A DNA stretch of 64,000 nucleotides from Escherichia coli. GTDB taxonomy: Bacteria; Pseudomonadota; Gammaproteobacteria; Enterobacterales; Enterobacteriaceae. Location of the stretch: the NCBI RefSeq assembly GCF_003334815.1, contig NZ_QOWO01000004.1. One strand, written 5' to 3'. This document shows, in pieces, positions 1-14,616 of this stretch. Positions within the stretch are counted from its first letter, which is position 1; each line of letters opens with the position of its first letter. The translations under genes and the position numbers were made by a program. The notes under the pieces are model-generated. The model ran no database searches and was not told the DNA's origin. It worked only from the letters and a program-made list of their open reading frames with translations.

Positions 1-1686
<1,686 letters not shown>

Positions 1687-1736
1687 TATTCCCCTCTCCA
1701 GTTAATTATTGAGAATAATTATTACTTCACCTGATA

Positions 1737-1767
1737 AGCTGCGGATATCACATTCCTAACCGCAGCT
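1737..1767 (+). terminator. Possible stem-loop terminator after yeiS
   Basis: 8-bp stem agctgcgg/ccgcagct with 15-nt loop followed by a moderately T-rich tract; weak. Confidence 0.3.
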
Positions 1768-1879
1768 ATTTGTGAATCTTTTCACAGTTTAAATTCCCCC
1801 GCACGCTTAGCCTTAATATCAGTACATTATTATTTACTAAACGCTCGCCTTAATTACCTATAGCATTAAGGAAGATCAC

Positions 1880-3118
1880 ATGCCGCAACAAAATTATCTG
1901 GATGAACTCACTCCGGCTTTTACGTCTTTACTGGCGATTAAAGAAGCCTCTCGCTGTTTATTATGTCACGACGCTCCCTGTAGTCAGGCTTGCCCGGCAC
2001 AGACCGATCCGGGGAAATTTATTCGCTCAATCTACTTTCGTAATTTTAAAGGCGCTGCCGAGACAATTCGCGAAAATAATGCCCTCGGTGCCGTTTGTGC
2101 CAGAGTGTGCCCGACGGAGAAATTATGCCAAAGCGGTTGTACCCGTGCCGGTGTTGATGCTCCCATTGATATCGGCCGCTTACAGCGTTTTGTTACTGAT
2201 TTTGAACAACAAACCGGAATGGAAATTTATCAGCCCGGTACTAAAACGCTCGGCAAAGTCGCGATTATTGGCGCAGGTCCTGCCGGATTGCAGGCCAGTG
2301 TGACACTGACAAACCAGGGTTATGACGTCACGATTTATGAGAAAGAAGCGCACCCCGGTGGCTGGTTGCGTAACGGTATTCCGCAATTCCGGTTACCGCA
2401 ATCAGTGCTGGATGCAGAGATCGCCCGTATTGAAAAAATGGGCGTGACCATTAAGTGCAACAACGAAGTCGGTAACACACTCACCCTTGAGCAGCTGAAA
2501 GCAGAAAACCGCGCGGTACTGGTCACCGTGGGGTTATCAAGCGGTTCCGGGCTACCGCTGTTTGAGCATAGTGACGTTGAGATTGCCGTCGACTTCTTGC
2601 AACGTGCACGACAGGCGCAAGGCGATATCAGCATTCCACAAAGCGCATTAATTATCGGCGGCGGTGATGTCGCGATGGACGTAGCCAGCACGCTGAAAGT
2701 TCTCGGCTGTCAGGCGGTAACTTGCGTAGCGCGTGAAGAGTTAGATGAGTTTCCGGCAAGCGAAAAAGAGTTTACCAGCGCCCGGGTGCTGGGCGTTTCG
2801 ATCATCGATGGATTCACGCCAGTAGCCGTGGAAGGCAATAAAGTCACGTTTAAGCATGTACGGTTATCGGGCGAACTGACGATGGCGGCAGATAAAATTA
2901 TTCTCGCCGTCGGTCAGCATGCCAGACTAGATGCCTTTGCGGAGTTAGAGCCGCAGCGTAACACCATCAAAACACAAAATTACCAGACCCGCGACCCGCA
3001 AGTCTTTGCTGCTGGCGATATTGTTGAGGGTGACAAAACCGTGGTCTATGCCGTGAAAACCGGGAAAGAAGCCGCCGAGGCGATTCATCACTATTTAGAG
3101 GGAGCTTGCTCATGTTAA
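1880..3118 (+). CDS. preT: NAD-dependent dihydropyrimidine dehydrogenase subunit PreT
   Basis: 412-aa ORF; N-terminal Cys cluster and GAGPAG dinucleotide-binding motif; overlaps preA start. Confidence 0.92.
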   Translation: MPQQNYLDELTPAFTSLLAIKEASRCLLCHDAPCSQACPAQTDPGKFIRSIYFRNFKGAAETIRENNALGAVCARVCPTEKLCQSGCTRAGVDAPIDIGRLQRFVTDFEQQTGMEIYQPGTKTLGKVAIIGAGPAGLQASVTLTNQGYDVTIYEKEAHPGGWLRNGIPQFRLPQSVLDAEIARIEKMGVTIKCNNEVGNTLTLEQLKAENRAVLVTVGLSSGSGLPLFEHSDVEIAVDFLQRARQAQGDISIPQSALIIGGGDVAMDVASTLKVLGCQAVTCVAREELDEFPASEKEFTSARVLGVSIIDGFTPVAVEGNKVTFKHVRLSGELTMAADKIILAVGQHARLDAFAELEPQRNTIKTQNYQTRDPQVFAAGDIVEGDKTVVYAVKTGKEAAEAIHHYLEGACSC

Positions 3119-4347
3119 CGAAAGATCTTTCGATTACTTTTTGCGGCGTGAAGTTTCCCAACCCGTTCTGCCTCTCTTCTTCGCCGGTAGGCAACTGCTA
3201 TGAGATGTGTGCCAAAGCCTACGACACAGGTTGGGGCGGTGTGGTGTTTAAAACGATCGGCTTTTTTATCGCCAACGAAGTCTCGCCGCGTTTTGATCAT
3301 CTGGTGAAAGAAGATACCGGTTTTATCGGCTTCAAAAATATGGAGCAGATTGCTGAACATCCGTTGGAAGAGAATCTGGCCGCCCTGCGTCGGCTGAAGG
3401 AAGATTACCCGGACAAAGTATTGATCGCTTCGATCATGGGGGAAAATGAGCAGCAATGGGAGGAGCTGGCGCGCCTGGTGCAAGAAGCTGGCGCGGATAT
3501 GATCGAGTGTAACTTCTCCTGTCCGCAAATGACTTCTCATGCGATGGGTAGCGATGTCGGGCAAAGCCCGGAGCTGGTAGAAAAATATTGTCGGGCAGTG
3601 AAACGGGGTTCCACGCTGCCAATGCTGGCGAAGATGACGCCGAATATCGGTGATATGTGCGAAGTGGCGCTGGCGGCGAAGCGCGGCGGCGCAGATGGCA
3701 TTGCGGCGATTAACACCGTTAAATCCATCACCAATATCGATCTTAATCAGAAAATCGGTATGCCGATCGTTAACGGAAAATCGAGTATTTCCGGATATTC
3801 CGGTAAAGCGGTAAAACCGATCGCCCTGCGCTTCATTCAGCAAATGCGCACCCATCCAGAACTGCGCGATTTCCCAATCAGCGGTATCGGCGGCATTGAA
3901 ACCTGGGAGGATGCGGCTGAGTTTTTATTGCTCGGCGCAGCAACGTTACAGGTGACCACCGGCATCATGCAGTACGGGTATCGGATAGTGGAAGATATGG
4001 CAAGCGGGTTGTCGCATTATCTCGCCGATCAGGGATTTGATTCGCTGCAGGAGATGGTAGGTCTGGCGAATAACAATATTGTCCCGGCGGAAGATTTAGA
4101 CCGCAGTTATATTGTCTATCCCCGTATCAATCTTGATAAATGTGTTGGCTGTGGACGCTGTTATATTTCCTGTTACGACGGCGGTCACCAGGCGATGGAA
4201 TGGAGCGAGAAAACCCGCACACCGCATTGTAATACCGAGAAATGTGTGGGTTGTCTGCTTTGTGGTCACGTCTGCCCGGTGGGTTGTATTGAGCTCGGGG
4301 AAGTGAAGTTTAAGAAAGGCGAGAAAGAACACCCGGTAACGTTGTAA
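3112..4347 (+). CDS. preA: Dihydropyrimidine dehydrogenase subunit PreA (TIM-barrel plus two 4Fe-4S ferredoxin motifs)
   Basis: ORF 3106..4347; internal Met at 3112 gives 411 aa; C-terminal [11 protein letters not shown] and [12 protein letters not shown] motifs seen. Confidence 0.92.
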   Translation: MLTKDLSITFCGVKFPNPFCLSSSPVGNCYEMCAKAYDTGWGGVVFKTIGFFIANEVSPRFDHLVKEDTGFIGFKNMEQIAEHPLEENLAALRRLKEDYPDKVLIASIMGENEQQWEELARLVQEAGADMIECNFSCPQMTSHAMGSDVGQSPELVEKYCRAVKRGSTLPMLAKMTPNIGDMCEVALAAKRGGADGIAAINTVKSITNIDLNQKIGMPIVNGKSSISGYSGKAVKPIALRFIQQMRTHPELRDFPISGIGGIETWEDAAEFLLLGAATLQVTTGIMQYGYRIVEDMASGLSHYLADQGFDSLQEMVGLANNNIVPAEDLDRSYIVYPRINLDKCVGCGRCYISCYDGGHQAMEWSEKTRTPHCNTEKCVGCLLCGHVCPVGCIELGEVKFKKGEKEHPVTL

Positions 4348-4354
4348 AACCAGA

Positions 4355-4535
4355 GACGCATCCGGCATTTGGTTCCTGTCGCCGGATGCGGCTTGAACGC
4401 CTTATCCGGCCTACAAAACCATACAAATCAGTATGTTGAGCTTATTGTAGGCCGGATAAAACGCGCCAGCGTTGCATCCGGCATTTGGCTCCTGTTGCCG
4501 GATGCGGCGTGAACGCCTTATCCGGCCTACAAAAC
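4355..4535. repeat. BIME cluster: three REP units in alternating orientation
   Basis: gccggatgcggcttgaacgccttatccggcctac (4381-4414), inverted copy (4446-4484), and gccggatgcggcgtgaacgccttatccggcctac (4497-4530). Confidence 0.8.
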
Positions 4536-4589
4536 CACACAGATCATGATGTTATGTGCGTTTATGACCGAATGCGGACCACATTCACA

Positions 4590-5600
4590 TCATTTCTTAC
4601 GCGCGTATTTCAGTGAATCCAGCGCTACGGCGAAGATAATAATCGCCCCTTTGATGATGTACTGCCAGTATGGGTTTACGCCGATATACGTCAGGCCATA
4701 GTTGATGACGGTAAAAATAATTACCCCGGTCACCACGCCAATCACCGTCCCCACACCGCCGCTGAACGATACACCGCCTACCACGCACGCCGCGATAGCA
4801 TCCAGCTCATACATAAAGCCGAGGTTGTTGGTGGCAGAGCCGATACGTCCGGCTTCTAACATCCCGCCAAAGGCATAGAACACGCCAGACAACGCGTAGA
4901 TCATCAGCAGGTTCAGGCCGACGTTGACACCAGATACTTTTGCCGCTTCCGGGTTACCGCCAATGGCAAAAATGTTCTTACCGAAGCGGGTTTTGTTCCA
5001 CAACACCCAGACGAACGCCACCGCAATCAACGCGTAGAAGGTGATGTAAGAGAGACGGAAACGCCCCAGCGCGACAAAGCCCTGAGCAAAGGTAGAGAAG
5101 CCACTGTCAAAACCAGAAATTGGCGACGCCCCGACAAAGTCGTAATAGAGCGAGTTGATGCCATAGACGATGATCATCGTGCCGAGCGTGGTAATGAACG
5201 GCGTCACGTTGAGATAAGCGATAATCAGACCGTTGATCAAACCGATCACCGCACCAATGGCACAGACAATCAGAATAACCAGCGCAATCGGCATCGTCGC
5301 CATTTCCGGGAACACTTTGTTGGCGTTATCCATGGACTGCAATAATGTCGCAGCCACCACTGCCGCCAGCCCTACCTGACGACCAGCAGAAAGATCGGTC
5401 CCCTGGGTGACAATTAACCCTGCCACACCGAGCGCGATAATAATACGCACCGATGACTGGGTGAGAATATTACTTAAGTTCAACAGACTTAAAAATGTTG
5501 GGTCCTGGAAAATAATAATCGCCAGCAAAACTAAAAGAACGACGTAAATACCGCCCTCTTTCAGGTAAGTAAGAAAACTTTTCTTATTTAACGCACTCAT
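4590..5600 (-). CDS. mglC: Galactose/methyl-galactoside ABC transporter permease
   Basis: 336-aa polytopic membrane ORF; matches MglC length; directly downstream of mglA on the same strand. Confidence 0.95.
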   Translation of the reverse strand: MSALNKKSFLTYLKEGGIYVVLLVLLAIIIFQDPTFLSLLNLSNILTQSSVRIIIALGVAGLIVTQGTDLSAGRQVGLAAVVAATLLQSMDNANKVFPEMATMPIALVILIVCAIGAVIGLINGLIIAYLNVTPFITTLGTMIIVYGINSLYYDFVGASPISGFDSGFSTFAQGFVALGRFRLSYITFYALIAVAFVWVLWNKTRFGKNIFAIGGNPEAAKVSGVNVGLNLLMIYALSGVFYAFGGMLEAGRIGSATNNLGFMYELDAIAACVVGGVSFSGGVGTVIGVVTGVIIFTVINYGLTYIGVNPYWQYIIKGAIIIFAVALDSLKYARKK

Positions 5601-5615
5601 GGGAAGCCCCTAATC

Positions 5616-7136
5616 TTAAAGGTGCAAAGACGCAAGACGCAGAATTTCGTTTTGCGTTGTTGTTTTTGTATCGACAATTCCGGAAACGAGACCATTGCTC
5701 ATGACCAGAATACGGTCTGTTATCCCTAACAACTCAGGCATTTCAGAGGAGATAATAATAATCCCCTTGCCTTTCTTCGCCAGTTCGGCAATTAACTGAT
5801 AAATTTCAAACTTCGCCCCGACATCAATACCGCGCGTCGGTTCATCGAGCATTAATATTTCTGGTTGCGTTAGTAGCCAGCGACCAATAATCACCTTTTG
5901 CTGATTACCACCGGAGAGCGAACCAATTTGCGTCCGATGACCCGGCGTTTTTACCCGCATCGAATCAATCACCCACTGGGTATCGCTTTTCATCCGCGAG
6001 TTATCCAGTAAACCAACTTTATTTTTGTAGTTGCGAATATTGGAAATTAACGAGTTAAAACCAATATCCAGATAGGCATAAATTCCCGTTGAGCGGCGCT
6101 CCTCAGTTACCAGTGCAAATCCATGGTTTATGGCTTCGTTGGCATTATGGTTATTGATCTGTTTGCCGTGCAACGTTATGGTGCCAGCCGATTTCTCGCG
6201 AATACCAAATAACGTCTCAACAATATCGGTACGTTTCGCCCCCACCAGACCGGCAATACCGAGGATCTCCCCTTTATGCAGATCAAACGAGACATCGCGA
6301 ATCGACGGCTGGCGCAGTGACGTCAGGTTACGTACCTCGAGGATGACTTCGCCCGGTTTGTTTTCTTTGTCAGGGAAACGCTGGTTAAGAGAACGCCCAA
6401 CCATCATGGCGATGATCTTGTCCATCGTCAGTCCTGCCAGCGGTTCGGTGGCGATCCACTGACCGTCGCGCAATACGGTAACTTCATCACATAACTGGAA
6501 GATTTCTTCCATTTTATGCGAGATATAAACAATACCGCAGCCGCGCTCTTTTAATTTACGAATAATAGTGAACAGATGATTGACCTCTTTTTCGGTTAAC
6601 GAAGAAGTCGGTTCATCCATAATCACAATTTTCGCGTTATAGGAAAACGCTTTGGCGATTTCGATCATCTGCATTTGCGAAACGGATAATGTGCCGACGC
6701 GCGCACGCGGATCGATATCAATATCCAGTTCGTCAAAAATCGCTTTGGTTTCGCGGTACATTTTGTCCTGATCGACAAACATGCCTTTGGTGGGATATCG
6801 CCCCAGCCACATGTTATCCATCACCGAACGTTGTAATACCAGGTTTAACTCCTGGTGTACCATCGAAATACCATTTTCCAGGGCTTCTTTTGCAGAATGG
6901 AAATCGATCTCTTTACCCTGGAATAAAATGGTGCCGGAGTCTTTTTGATAAATACCAAACAGGCATTTTAATAATGTCGATTTTCCTGCACCGTTTTCCC
7001 CCATTAATGCATGGATAGAATGTGGCCGGACTTTTAAATTAACGTTATCAAGTGCCTTAACACCAGGAAAGGACTTGTTGATACCGCTCATTTCCAACAA
7101 GTATTCCCCGGAGGACGGAGTCGTTGAGCTGACCAT
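5616..7136 (-). CDS. mglA: Galactose/methyl-galactoside ABC transporter ATP-binding protein (tandem ABC domains)
   Basis: 506-aa ORF with Walker [10 protein letters not shown] and signature LSGGNQQKV; two ABC domains. Confidence 0.95.
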
Positions 7137-7196
7137 ATAATTTTACCTTGTTGGCCATACAATAAGGGCGCAGTAATAGACTGCGCCCAATCAGTC

Positions 7197-8195
7197 TTAT
7201 TTCTTGCTGAATTCAGCCAGGTTGTCTTTATCTACGCCAACATAAGGTACGCGGACCACTTTGTTGTCGATTTTCCAGTTGGTGCCATCAGCCGCACCTT
7301 TACCATCGGCCAGGTTTTTCGCCAGATCAAAGGTCGCTTTCGCCTGGTTGTTAGCATCGTTCAGTACGGTGCCCGCCAGTGCACCGGATTTCACCAGCGC
7401 CAGCGCTTCTGGCAGCGCATCGACGCCAAACACCGGAATGCTGGACTTGTTGTGTGCTTTCAGCGCTTCAACCGCGCCCATTGCCATCGCATCGTTGTTG
7501 GCGATAACCACTTCGATTTTGTTGGCGTTCGGGCCAGACAGCCAGGCGTCCATCTTATCTTTCGCCTGAGCGGTGTCCCACATTGCGGTATCTAACTGTA
7601 ACTGTTCAGTTTTGATGCCTTTATCGTTCAATTCTTTAATCACGTAAGTGGTACGTGCTTCTGCATCCGGATGGCCCGGTTCACCTTTCAGCAGTACGAA
7701 CTGAATCTGACCGTCTTTGTTCAGATCCCAACCCTGATTCGCCGCCCAGTGTTTAGCAATCAAATCGCCTTGAATAATGCCGGACTCTTTGGAGTCAGTG
7801 CCAACGTAGTAGGCTTTGTCGTAGCTATCCAGCGCCTTACGAGACGGTTCTTTGTTGAAGAAAACCACCGGCACGTTTTGCCCACGCGCTTTCTCAATCA
7901 CCGTACCCGCAGCTGCCGGGTCAACCAGGTTGATTGCCAGTGCCTTCACCCCTTTCGCCAGCAATACGTCGATCTGATCGTTCTGCTTGGACTGGTCATT
8001 CTGAGAATCATTCATCAGCAGCTGAACATCTGGCGCGGCTTTCGCATCTTGCTCAATAGCCTTGCGCACTACAGACATAAAGTTATCGTCGTACTTATAG
8101 ATTGTTACACCAATGCGAGTATCAGCAGCGTGTGCAGCGGCACCGAATAACATGCTGGCCATCACAGCAGACAGGGTTAACACCTTCTTATTCAT
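7197..8195 (-). CDS. mglB: Periplasmic D-galactose/D-glucose-binding protein
   Basis: 332-aa ORF with signal peptide ending AHA-AD; matches MglB. Confidence 0.95.
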   Translation of the reverse strand: MNKKVLTLSAVMASMLFGAAAHAADTRIGVTIYKYDDNFMSVVRKAIEQDAKAAPDVQLLMNDSQNDQSKQNDQIDVLLAKGVKALAINLVDPAAAGTVIEKARGQNVPVVFFNKEPSRKALDSYDKAYYVGTDSKESGIIQGDLIAKHWAANQGWDLNKDGQIQFVLLKGEPGHPDAEARTTYVIKELNDKGIKTEQLQLDTAMWDTAQAKDKMDAWLSGPNANKIEVVIANNDAMAMGAVEALKAHNKSSIPVFGVDALPEALALVKSGALAGTVLNDANNQAKATFDLAKNLADGKGAADGTNWKIDNKVVRVPYVGVDKDNLAEFSKK

Positions 8196-8446
8196 GGTAT
8201 CTCCGGTTTTTCTTATGCAGGGTAGTGCTTGAGATAAATGCTCGGCGGGGCAGTAGAGTTAATGAAGTGTTACTGAACGCCGAAGCTCACTTTTTAAAAT
8301 TCGTTCTTCCATGCCCGGTAACGCTCCAGAAAACGGCTTTAATTGTTGTTATGACGCTGTTACCTCGGCAAAAGTGATTATTCACTGTTACATACGGGTT
8401 ACAACGTTAAAACGGTGCAATCATAGCTATCACATTGTTAAGATAC

Positions 8447-8462
8447 TGTGAAATCACTCACA
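8447..8462 (-). promoter_or_regulatory. CRP binding site in mglB promoter
   Basis: tgtgaaatcactcaca fits TGTGA-N6-TCACA exactly; lies upstream of mglB. Confidence 0.6.
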
Positions 8463-8465
8463 GAT

Positions 8466-8479
8466 TGAAAGCGGTTACA
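8466..8479 (-). promoter_or_regulatory. GalR/GalS-type operator adjacent to the mgl CRP site
   Basis: tgaaagcggttaca fits TGnAAnCGnTTnCA; 4 bp from the CRP site; overlaps the galS stop codon. Confidence 0.5.
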
Positions 8480-9515
8480 TCGCCTGATTTGTTGAGTTAG
8501 TGATCGCCGCCGCATTCTGGCGTGTTGCGACAGAATGGCGACGCACTAACGTCGGCATAAAACAGTGGCTGGCACGAGGATCAATATTGCCTGCTGCCCC
8601 CTGCAAGGCCAGTTCGGTGGCTAATTTCGCCATTGAAGCAATGGGATAACGCACGGTCGTTAATTGCGGGTCGGTGTAACGGGCGATGGGAATATCATCG
8701 AAACCGATGATTGAGAGATGTAACGGAATCGCAATGCCATTATCTTTTAATGCTGTCAGTGCGCCAGCGGCCATATTGTCGTTATAAGCAAATACAGCGG
8801 TAAGTTGTAGATTGCGCCCCAGCAGTTCAACCATCGCCGCCTCACCGCCCGGCATGTCCGGCGTACCAGCGCCAATCCAGCTTTCCGGCGGAATAATATC
8901 CTGCTCTTTCAACGCACTCATCCAGCCTGCTTTACGCATGGCGTCATCTTCAATGCCGTGGCTGGAAGAAAGATAACCAATACGTTGATGACCGTTATTC
9001 AGCAACATGCGCGTCGCCATTCGGGCACCGCTGAGATTATCCAGGCAAACGCAACGATGGGCGTACCCCGGCACAACGCGGTTGATTAACACCATACCGG
9101 GAATGTTATCCATAAATTGCGCCAGTTCATCGTCACTCAATGCTTTTGAGTGAACAATCAACGCATTACAACGCTGGCGAATTAACACCTCAATGGCGTG
9201 ACGCTCTTTTTCCGCTTCATGATAGCTATTGCCGATTAGCACGTATTTCTGATGCTGCTGAGCGACCAGATCCACCGCTTTTACCAGCGCGCCGAAAAAC
9301 GCATCAGAAACGTCCATCACCACCACGCCAATGGTGTCGCTAACCTGAGTTGCCAGCGCCTGGGCATTGGCGTTTGGCCGATAATCCAGCTCACTCACGG
9401 CTTTCATTACTGCTTCACGCGTGTCGGCACTGACCAGCGTGCTGTTATTGAGCACCCGGGAAACCGTTGCCACAGAGACGCCAGCCTGACGCGCTACATC
9501 ACGAATGGTGATCAT
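8475..9515 (-). CDS. galS: LacI-family repressor GalS (mgl/gal isorepressor)
   Basis: ORF 8475..9521; Met at 9515 gives 346 aa; N-terminal [26 protein letters not shown]. Confidence 0.92.
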
Positions 9516-9591
9516 ATTCACTACCTGTTATGAGATTGCAGTAAATGACTGCTTGCTGGCGGCTATTTTGTCAGCACTGAATACAGGACTT

Positions 9592-9607
9592 CGTGAATCG
9601 AGTCACA
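9592..9607 (-). promoter_or_regulatory. CRP-like site in galS promoter
   Basis: cgtgaatcgagtcaca approximates TGTGA-N6-TCACA, about 80 bp upstream of galS start. Confidence 0.4.
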
Positions 9608-9611
9608 GCAA

Positions 9612-9625
9612 TGGAAACGGTTACA
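9612..9625 (-). promoter_or_regulatory. GalR/GalS-type operator in galS promoter
   Basis: tggaaacggttaca fits TGnAAnCGnTTnCA; same operator-next-to-CRP arrangement as the mgl promoter. Confidence 0.45.
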
Positions 9626-9656
9626 GCCGTTTTGTTAACGAATGTGATCCAGATCG

Positions 9657-10814
9657 TTATCTTGATGTTTTAGATATTGCCGGTCCGGCAGCACGCAAAG
9701 TTAACTGACGCCAGAGCCATTCCACCGGCCCCTGGCGGAAGTAACGCAGCCAGATAACAGAGAAGAGGATATTCGCCAGCCATACCGGAATAACAAACGC
9801 CAGCAGCTCCAGGCGGTCAAAATGCATAAACAAACCGAGGTGGTAAAAAAGCGTGGTACAAATCAGCGTTTGCAATAGATAGTTGGTCAGCGCCATCCGT
9901 CCGACGCAGGCGATCGCAAGCACCAGCTTAAAGCGGCTCAATTGCGGCCAGAAGCCATAAAACAGCGACGCATAGCCAATCGCCTGAAACGGCGCACTCA
10001 GTTCCCGCGGCATTTGAAGTAAGAAGGCACACCAGCGATACGCCCAGTCCAGCTGCCATTGCAGGGCGATGGCAGGAAGGTTAATGGTCACCCCAATCGC
10101 CACCAGCACAAAACCAGTACGACGATAGTGACGTAAGCTGAACTGCCCTTTCAGCCAGCCGCTGCGCATCAGCGCCGCACCAATGAGCATCATCCCTGCC
10201 AGTTGCCAGCCATACTGTGCGCCCAGTGCCAGTAAACTGTTGCCAACACCATCGGCACGATAACTGATCGCTTCAACGCCGCCGTGAAGCTTCCAGTATT
10301 TTTCATACAAAATAGCCGATGCATCCGGCGTCCAGGCGCGGCTGGTCTGGCTGTCGGAAATCAGCCCCAATAACAGCAAAACGCCAAGCCCCACCAGATA
10401 AAGCATGACGCCTGTATTAAACAGGCTTTTTACCGATGGCGCATCGCGCACCAGCCGCCAGCAGATTAAGCCCACCAGCCCGTAAGCCAGCAAAATATCG
10501 CCGTCCCAGAACAATAAACCGTGAATAAAGCCCAACAAGACTAACAGCGTTAACCGCGACTGGATCCAGCGTCTGCCACGGGGCAGCAACATTTGCAGGC
10601 CCGCACCAAACAGTAGCGCAAAAAGCGTGAGGAATTTCACCTGGCCGATGAGATCAAGAAATGCCCAAGTCCATGCATCCCGCGGCGTAATAGCACCGTA
10701 CCAGGCGGGATTGAGATAAGCCGCCTTTGGTAGCCCAAAGGCGCTGATGTTTAATAGCAGGATCCCCAGAATGGCGACGCCGCGAACAAAATCGAGCGTG
10801 ACGTTGCGCTCCAT
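9657..10814 (-). CDS. yeiB: DUF418-family inner-membrane protein
   Basis: 385-aa polytopic membrane ORF, 17 bp downstream of folE on the same strand. Confidence 0.9.
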   Translation of the reverse strand: MERNVTLDFVRGVAILGILLLNISAFGLPKAAYLNPAWYGAITPRDAWTWAFLDLIGQVKFLTLFALLFGAGLQMLLPRGRRWIQSRLTLLVLLGFIHGLLFWDGDILLAYGLVGLICWRLVRDAPSVKSLFNTGVMLYLVGLGVLLLLGLISDSQTSRAWTPDASAILYEKYWKLHGGVEAISYRADGVGNSLLALGAQYGWQLAGMMLIGAALMRSGWLKGQFSLRHYRRTGFVLVAIGVTINLPAIALQWQLDWAYRWCAFLLQMPRELSAPFQAIGYASLFYGFWPQLSRFKLVLAIACVGRMALTNYLLQTLICTTLFYHLGLFMHFDRLELLAFVIPVWLANILFSVIWLRYFRQGPVEWLWRQLTLRAAGPAISKTSR

Positions 10815-10830
10815 GGTTCCTGCCTTTTAA

Positions 10831-11499
10831 TCAGTTGTGATGACGCACAGCGCGCAGAAACTCGTGGCGCGTATTCTGACTGGATTTGAACAATCCACCA
10901 AGAGAGGTCGTTGTCGTGGCACTGGTTGCATCGCGGATGCCACGCGCCTTCACGCAGTAATGCACCGCGTCGATCGAGACAGCCACGTTATTGGTGCCCA
11001 GCAGCGTTTGTAGCGCAATAAGAATTTGCTGCGTCAGACGTTCCTGCACCTGCGGACGCTGGGCAAAGAACTGCACAATGCGGTTAATTTTTGACAGACC
11101 GATCACCGAATCTTTCGGGATATAGGCCACCGTCGCTTTGCCATCGATGGTAACAAAATGGTGTTCACAGGTGCTGGTCAGAGTGATATCGCGCACGGTG
11201 ACCATTTCATCGACCTTCATTTTGTTTTCAATGAGGGTGATTTTCGGGAAATTGGCGTAATCCAGACCGGAGAAAATTTCATCGACATACATTTTAGCGA
11301 TGCGATGCGGCGTTTCCATCAAACTGTCATCAGCCAGGTCGAGATTCAGCAGCTGCATGATTTCGGTCATATGACCAGCAATAAGGCTTTTGCGCGTTTC
11401 GTTATCCATTTCATGCACGGGCGGGCGCAGCGGTGTTTCCAGTCCTCGCGCAACTAACGCTTCATGAACCAGGGCCGCTTCTTTACTGAGTGATGGCAT
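10831..11499 (-). CDS. folE: GTP cyclohydrolase I
   Basis: 222-aa ORF recognised as FolE; length matches. Confidence 0.95.
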
Positions 11500-11723
11500 T
11501 TATGATTTCTCCTGCAGGTGTGACGCCTCCGCCCTGCGTGGGGGCAAAGTTATTAAGCTGATTTACAGCCTGATTATTGTGCGTGAGGCGGCGCACATAA
11601 TCCAGTATTCACAGCGATAATTATTGTAATTGCCGCTGCCTTTCATCAGCAGATGTTAAAACATCGTTATGCAAATACGGAAGTGAAAGTTACTCACAGC
11701 ACATTGAATAAACGGTATGATGA

Positions 11724-12593
<870 letters not shown>

Positions 12594-12599
12594 AAGTCC

Positions 12600-12615
12600 G
12601 CCCGGTTCGCCGGGC
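12600..12615. terminator. Short hairpin between convergent yeiG and cirA
   Basis: gcccgg-ttcg-ccgggc (6-bp stem, UUCG-type loop); no clean T-tract on either side. Confidence 0.3.
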
Positions 12616-12624
12616 ATCTTCTCA

Positions 12625-14616
12625 TCAGAAGCGATAATCCACTGCCATAAAGTAACGACGTCCGTCTTCGTTATAGCTGTAGTCGTCACGACTGAGATCC
12701 TTGTCGCCAAGGTTCAGCACGCCTGCGCGCAGTTTGACGTCTTTAGTCACCTGCCAGGCCGCGCCGGTATTCCAGATGGTATAACCGCCCGGTGTTTTAG
12801 CCGTCGCGCTGTCGGCGCGTTTCTGCCCGGTATAGTGCCCAGAAACATAGAATGACCAGTCTTCCAGCGCCAGCGGTTTCCAGTCCAGCGTACCGTTAGC
12901 AGTATGGAACGGCAGATCGGATAGCGGTTTGTTTTCGCCGTTGCTGACATCACGACCATCGTTGTAGGTGTAGTTGATCGACAGTTTCCATTCATCGTTG
13001 AACGGAATTTTCAGTTCGGTTTCCACGCCCTGAATACGAGCTTTGTTAACGTTGTAGTAGCTAAATACCGGTATGCGCCGTCCGTTAGCGCCCGTCTCAA
13101 AACCAACAAAGTTTTGGTAGCCCGGTGCAGCGTTGACGTCAGACGTACGGCTGATGCTGATACGATCTTTCACATCGTTACGGAAAACGGTAACGCTGGA
13201 TTCAACCCCTTCCAGCCAGCCTTCTTCACCCATGTAGTAAAGCCCCAGCTCCCAACTTTCGCTGGTTTCTGGTTTCAGATCCGGGCTACCCACAATCTTA
13301 CATGCGCCACGGCAGGAATTGCTCGTCCAGTCAGGGCTAAGTTGCAACAGAGAAGGTGCTTTAAATGCCGTCGCCCAGCCCCCTTTCACCGTTACGGTGT
13401 CGGTGGCGTTATAAACCAGGTAGGCACGCGGACTCCAGTGTTCACCGTAGGTTTCGTGATCGTCCATACGCACGCCGGTCGTCAGCGCCAGCGGCTCGAA
13501 GATCCGCCATTCATCTTCCACAAACAGCGCGTACTGGCTGGCAGACGTTTTGGAGCTGGTTCCCCCGGTCAGGTTCACCGCATCGCTAAGTTTGTCGTGA
13601 CGCCATTCACCGCCAACCGTGAGAAACTGATTAATCGCCGTCAGCGGCAACGTGTATTTGCCGTCGACCGTATTGCTTTCGGAAGTTATCGGGCTGCTGT
13701 TGCCAGGGTTTTTGTTCTCGACTTTCTCACCGTAGTATTTCAGTTCGCTGGTGCCGTAATCCCAACGCCCATTATGGCTGACGGAGTAGTTCTGGCGTTC
13801 CAGGCGGTTTTTGTCCAGCGAGTCGGAATCACGATCCTGACGGTCGAAACCGTATCCGGCAGTAAAATCGTGATTTTGATTCGGTGTCCAGGCAAATTCG
13901 ACATTGCCGTCGCGGCTGGAGAATCCTTCAATACGCGGCGTTTCTCCGGTATCGGTGGTCGTTGAGTTTTGCGGGTCATCCTTTTCACGTTTTGCCAGGC
14001 TGCCGTAAGCTTTCATTCCCAGCACACCATCAATTAATGGTCCACTGGTAAAGAACTGACCGTTATAGGTGTCACCGCGATCGCGATGTTCCTGAATGGT
14101 GGTATCGACGGTAACGGTACCCGACCATTTCTGACCGATTTTTTTGGTGATGATATTCACTACACCGCCGAGCGCATCGGAACCGTACAGCGACGACATC
14201 GGGCCACGGACCACTTCAATACGTTCGATGGAATCGACCGGGATCCAGTTCAGATCGAAATCATTGTGGCGGAAGACGGCATTGCGGGAGTTCACGCGTT
14301 TACCGTCGACGAGAATCAGGGTATAGCTGCTGTCCAGACCACGAATACTAACGCCCTTACGGTTATCCCCTTCGTTCGTCAGTTGTACGCCAGGCACTTC
14401 TTTGAGGACATCCTTCAGATTCTGTACCGGTTTTCGCTGCAGGTCTTCCTGGGTAATGACGCTGATACTGGCAGGTGCATCTTTAAGATTTTGTTCCACG
14501 GAAGATGCAGTGACAACCATCGTTTCGCCATCATCATCGACCGCTAACACAGGCCATGCACAAGAAATAGCGGACAAACACAGCCCGACCCGTACGAAAG
14601 GGTTCAACCTAAACAT
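12625..14616 (-). CDS. cirA: TonB-dependent catecholate siderophore / colicin Ia-Ib receptor
   Basis: 663-aa ORF with signal peptide, TonB-box-like ETMVVTA and C-terminal aromatic (YRF). Confidence 0.95.

Noticed and set aside
3115-3855. 246-aa minus-strand ORF antisense to preA
   Set aside because: It lies wholly inside the preA coding region, which has recognisable domains; long antisense ORFs are expected in GC-rich coding DNA. The same reasoning applies to 13114..13965 (in cirA), 28571..29281 (in fruA), 60111..60860 (in ccmF), 7671..8150 (in mglB), 17804..18406 (in yeiH) and the other overlapping ORFs in the track.
4355-4535. Clustered palindromic repeats that could be mistaken for a CRISPR array
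   Set aside because: The units are REP palindromes (gccggatgcgg...ccggcctac) in alternating orientation with irregular spacing, i.e. a BIME. There are no unique spacers of uniform length and no cas genes nearby. The same applies to the REP units at 583, 20643, 23885, 50734 and 57913.
11560-11595. Short inverted repeat (tgtgcg...cgcaca) upstream of folE
   Set aside because: Only a 6-bp stem with an 8-bp spacer and no match to a regulator motif I can name; too weak to report as a site.
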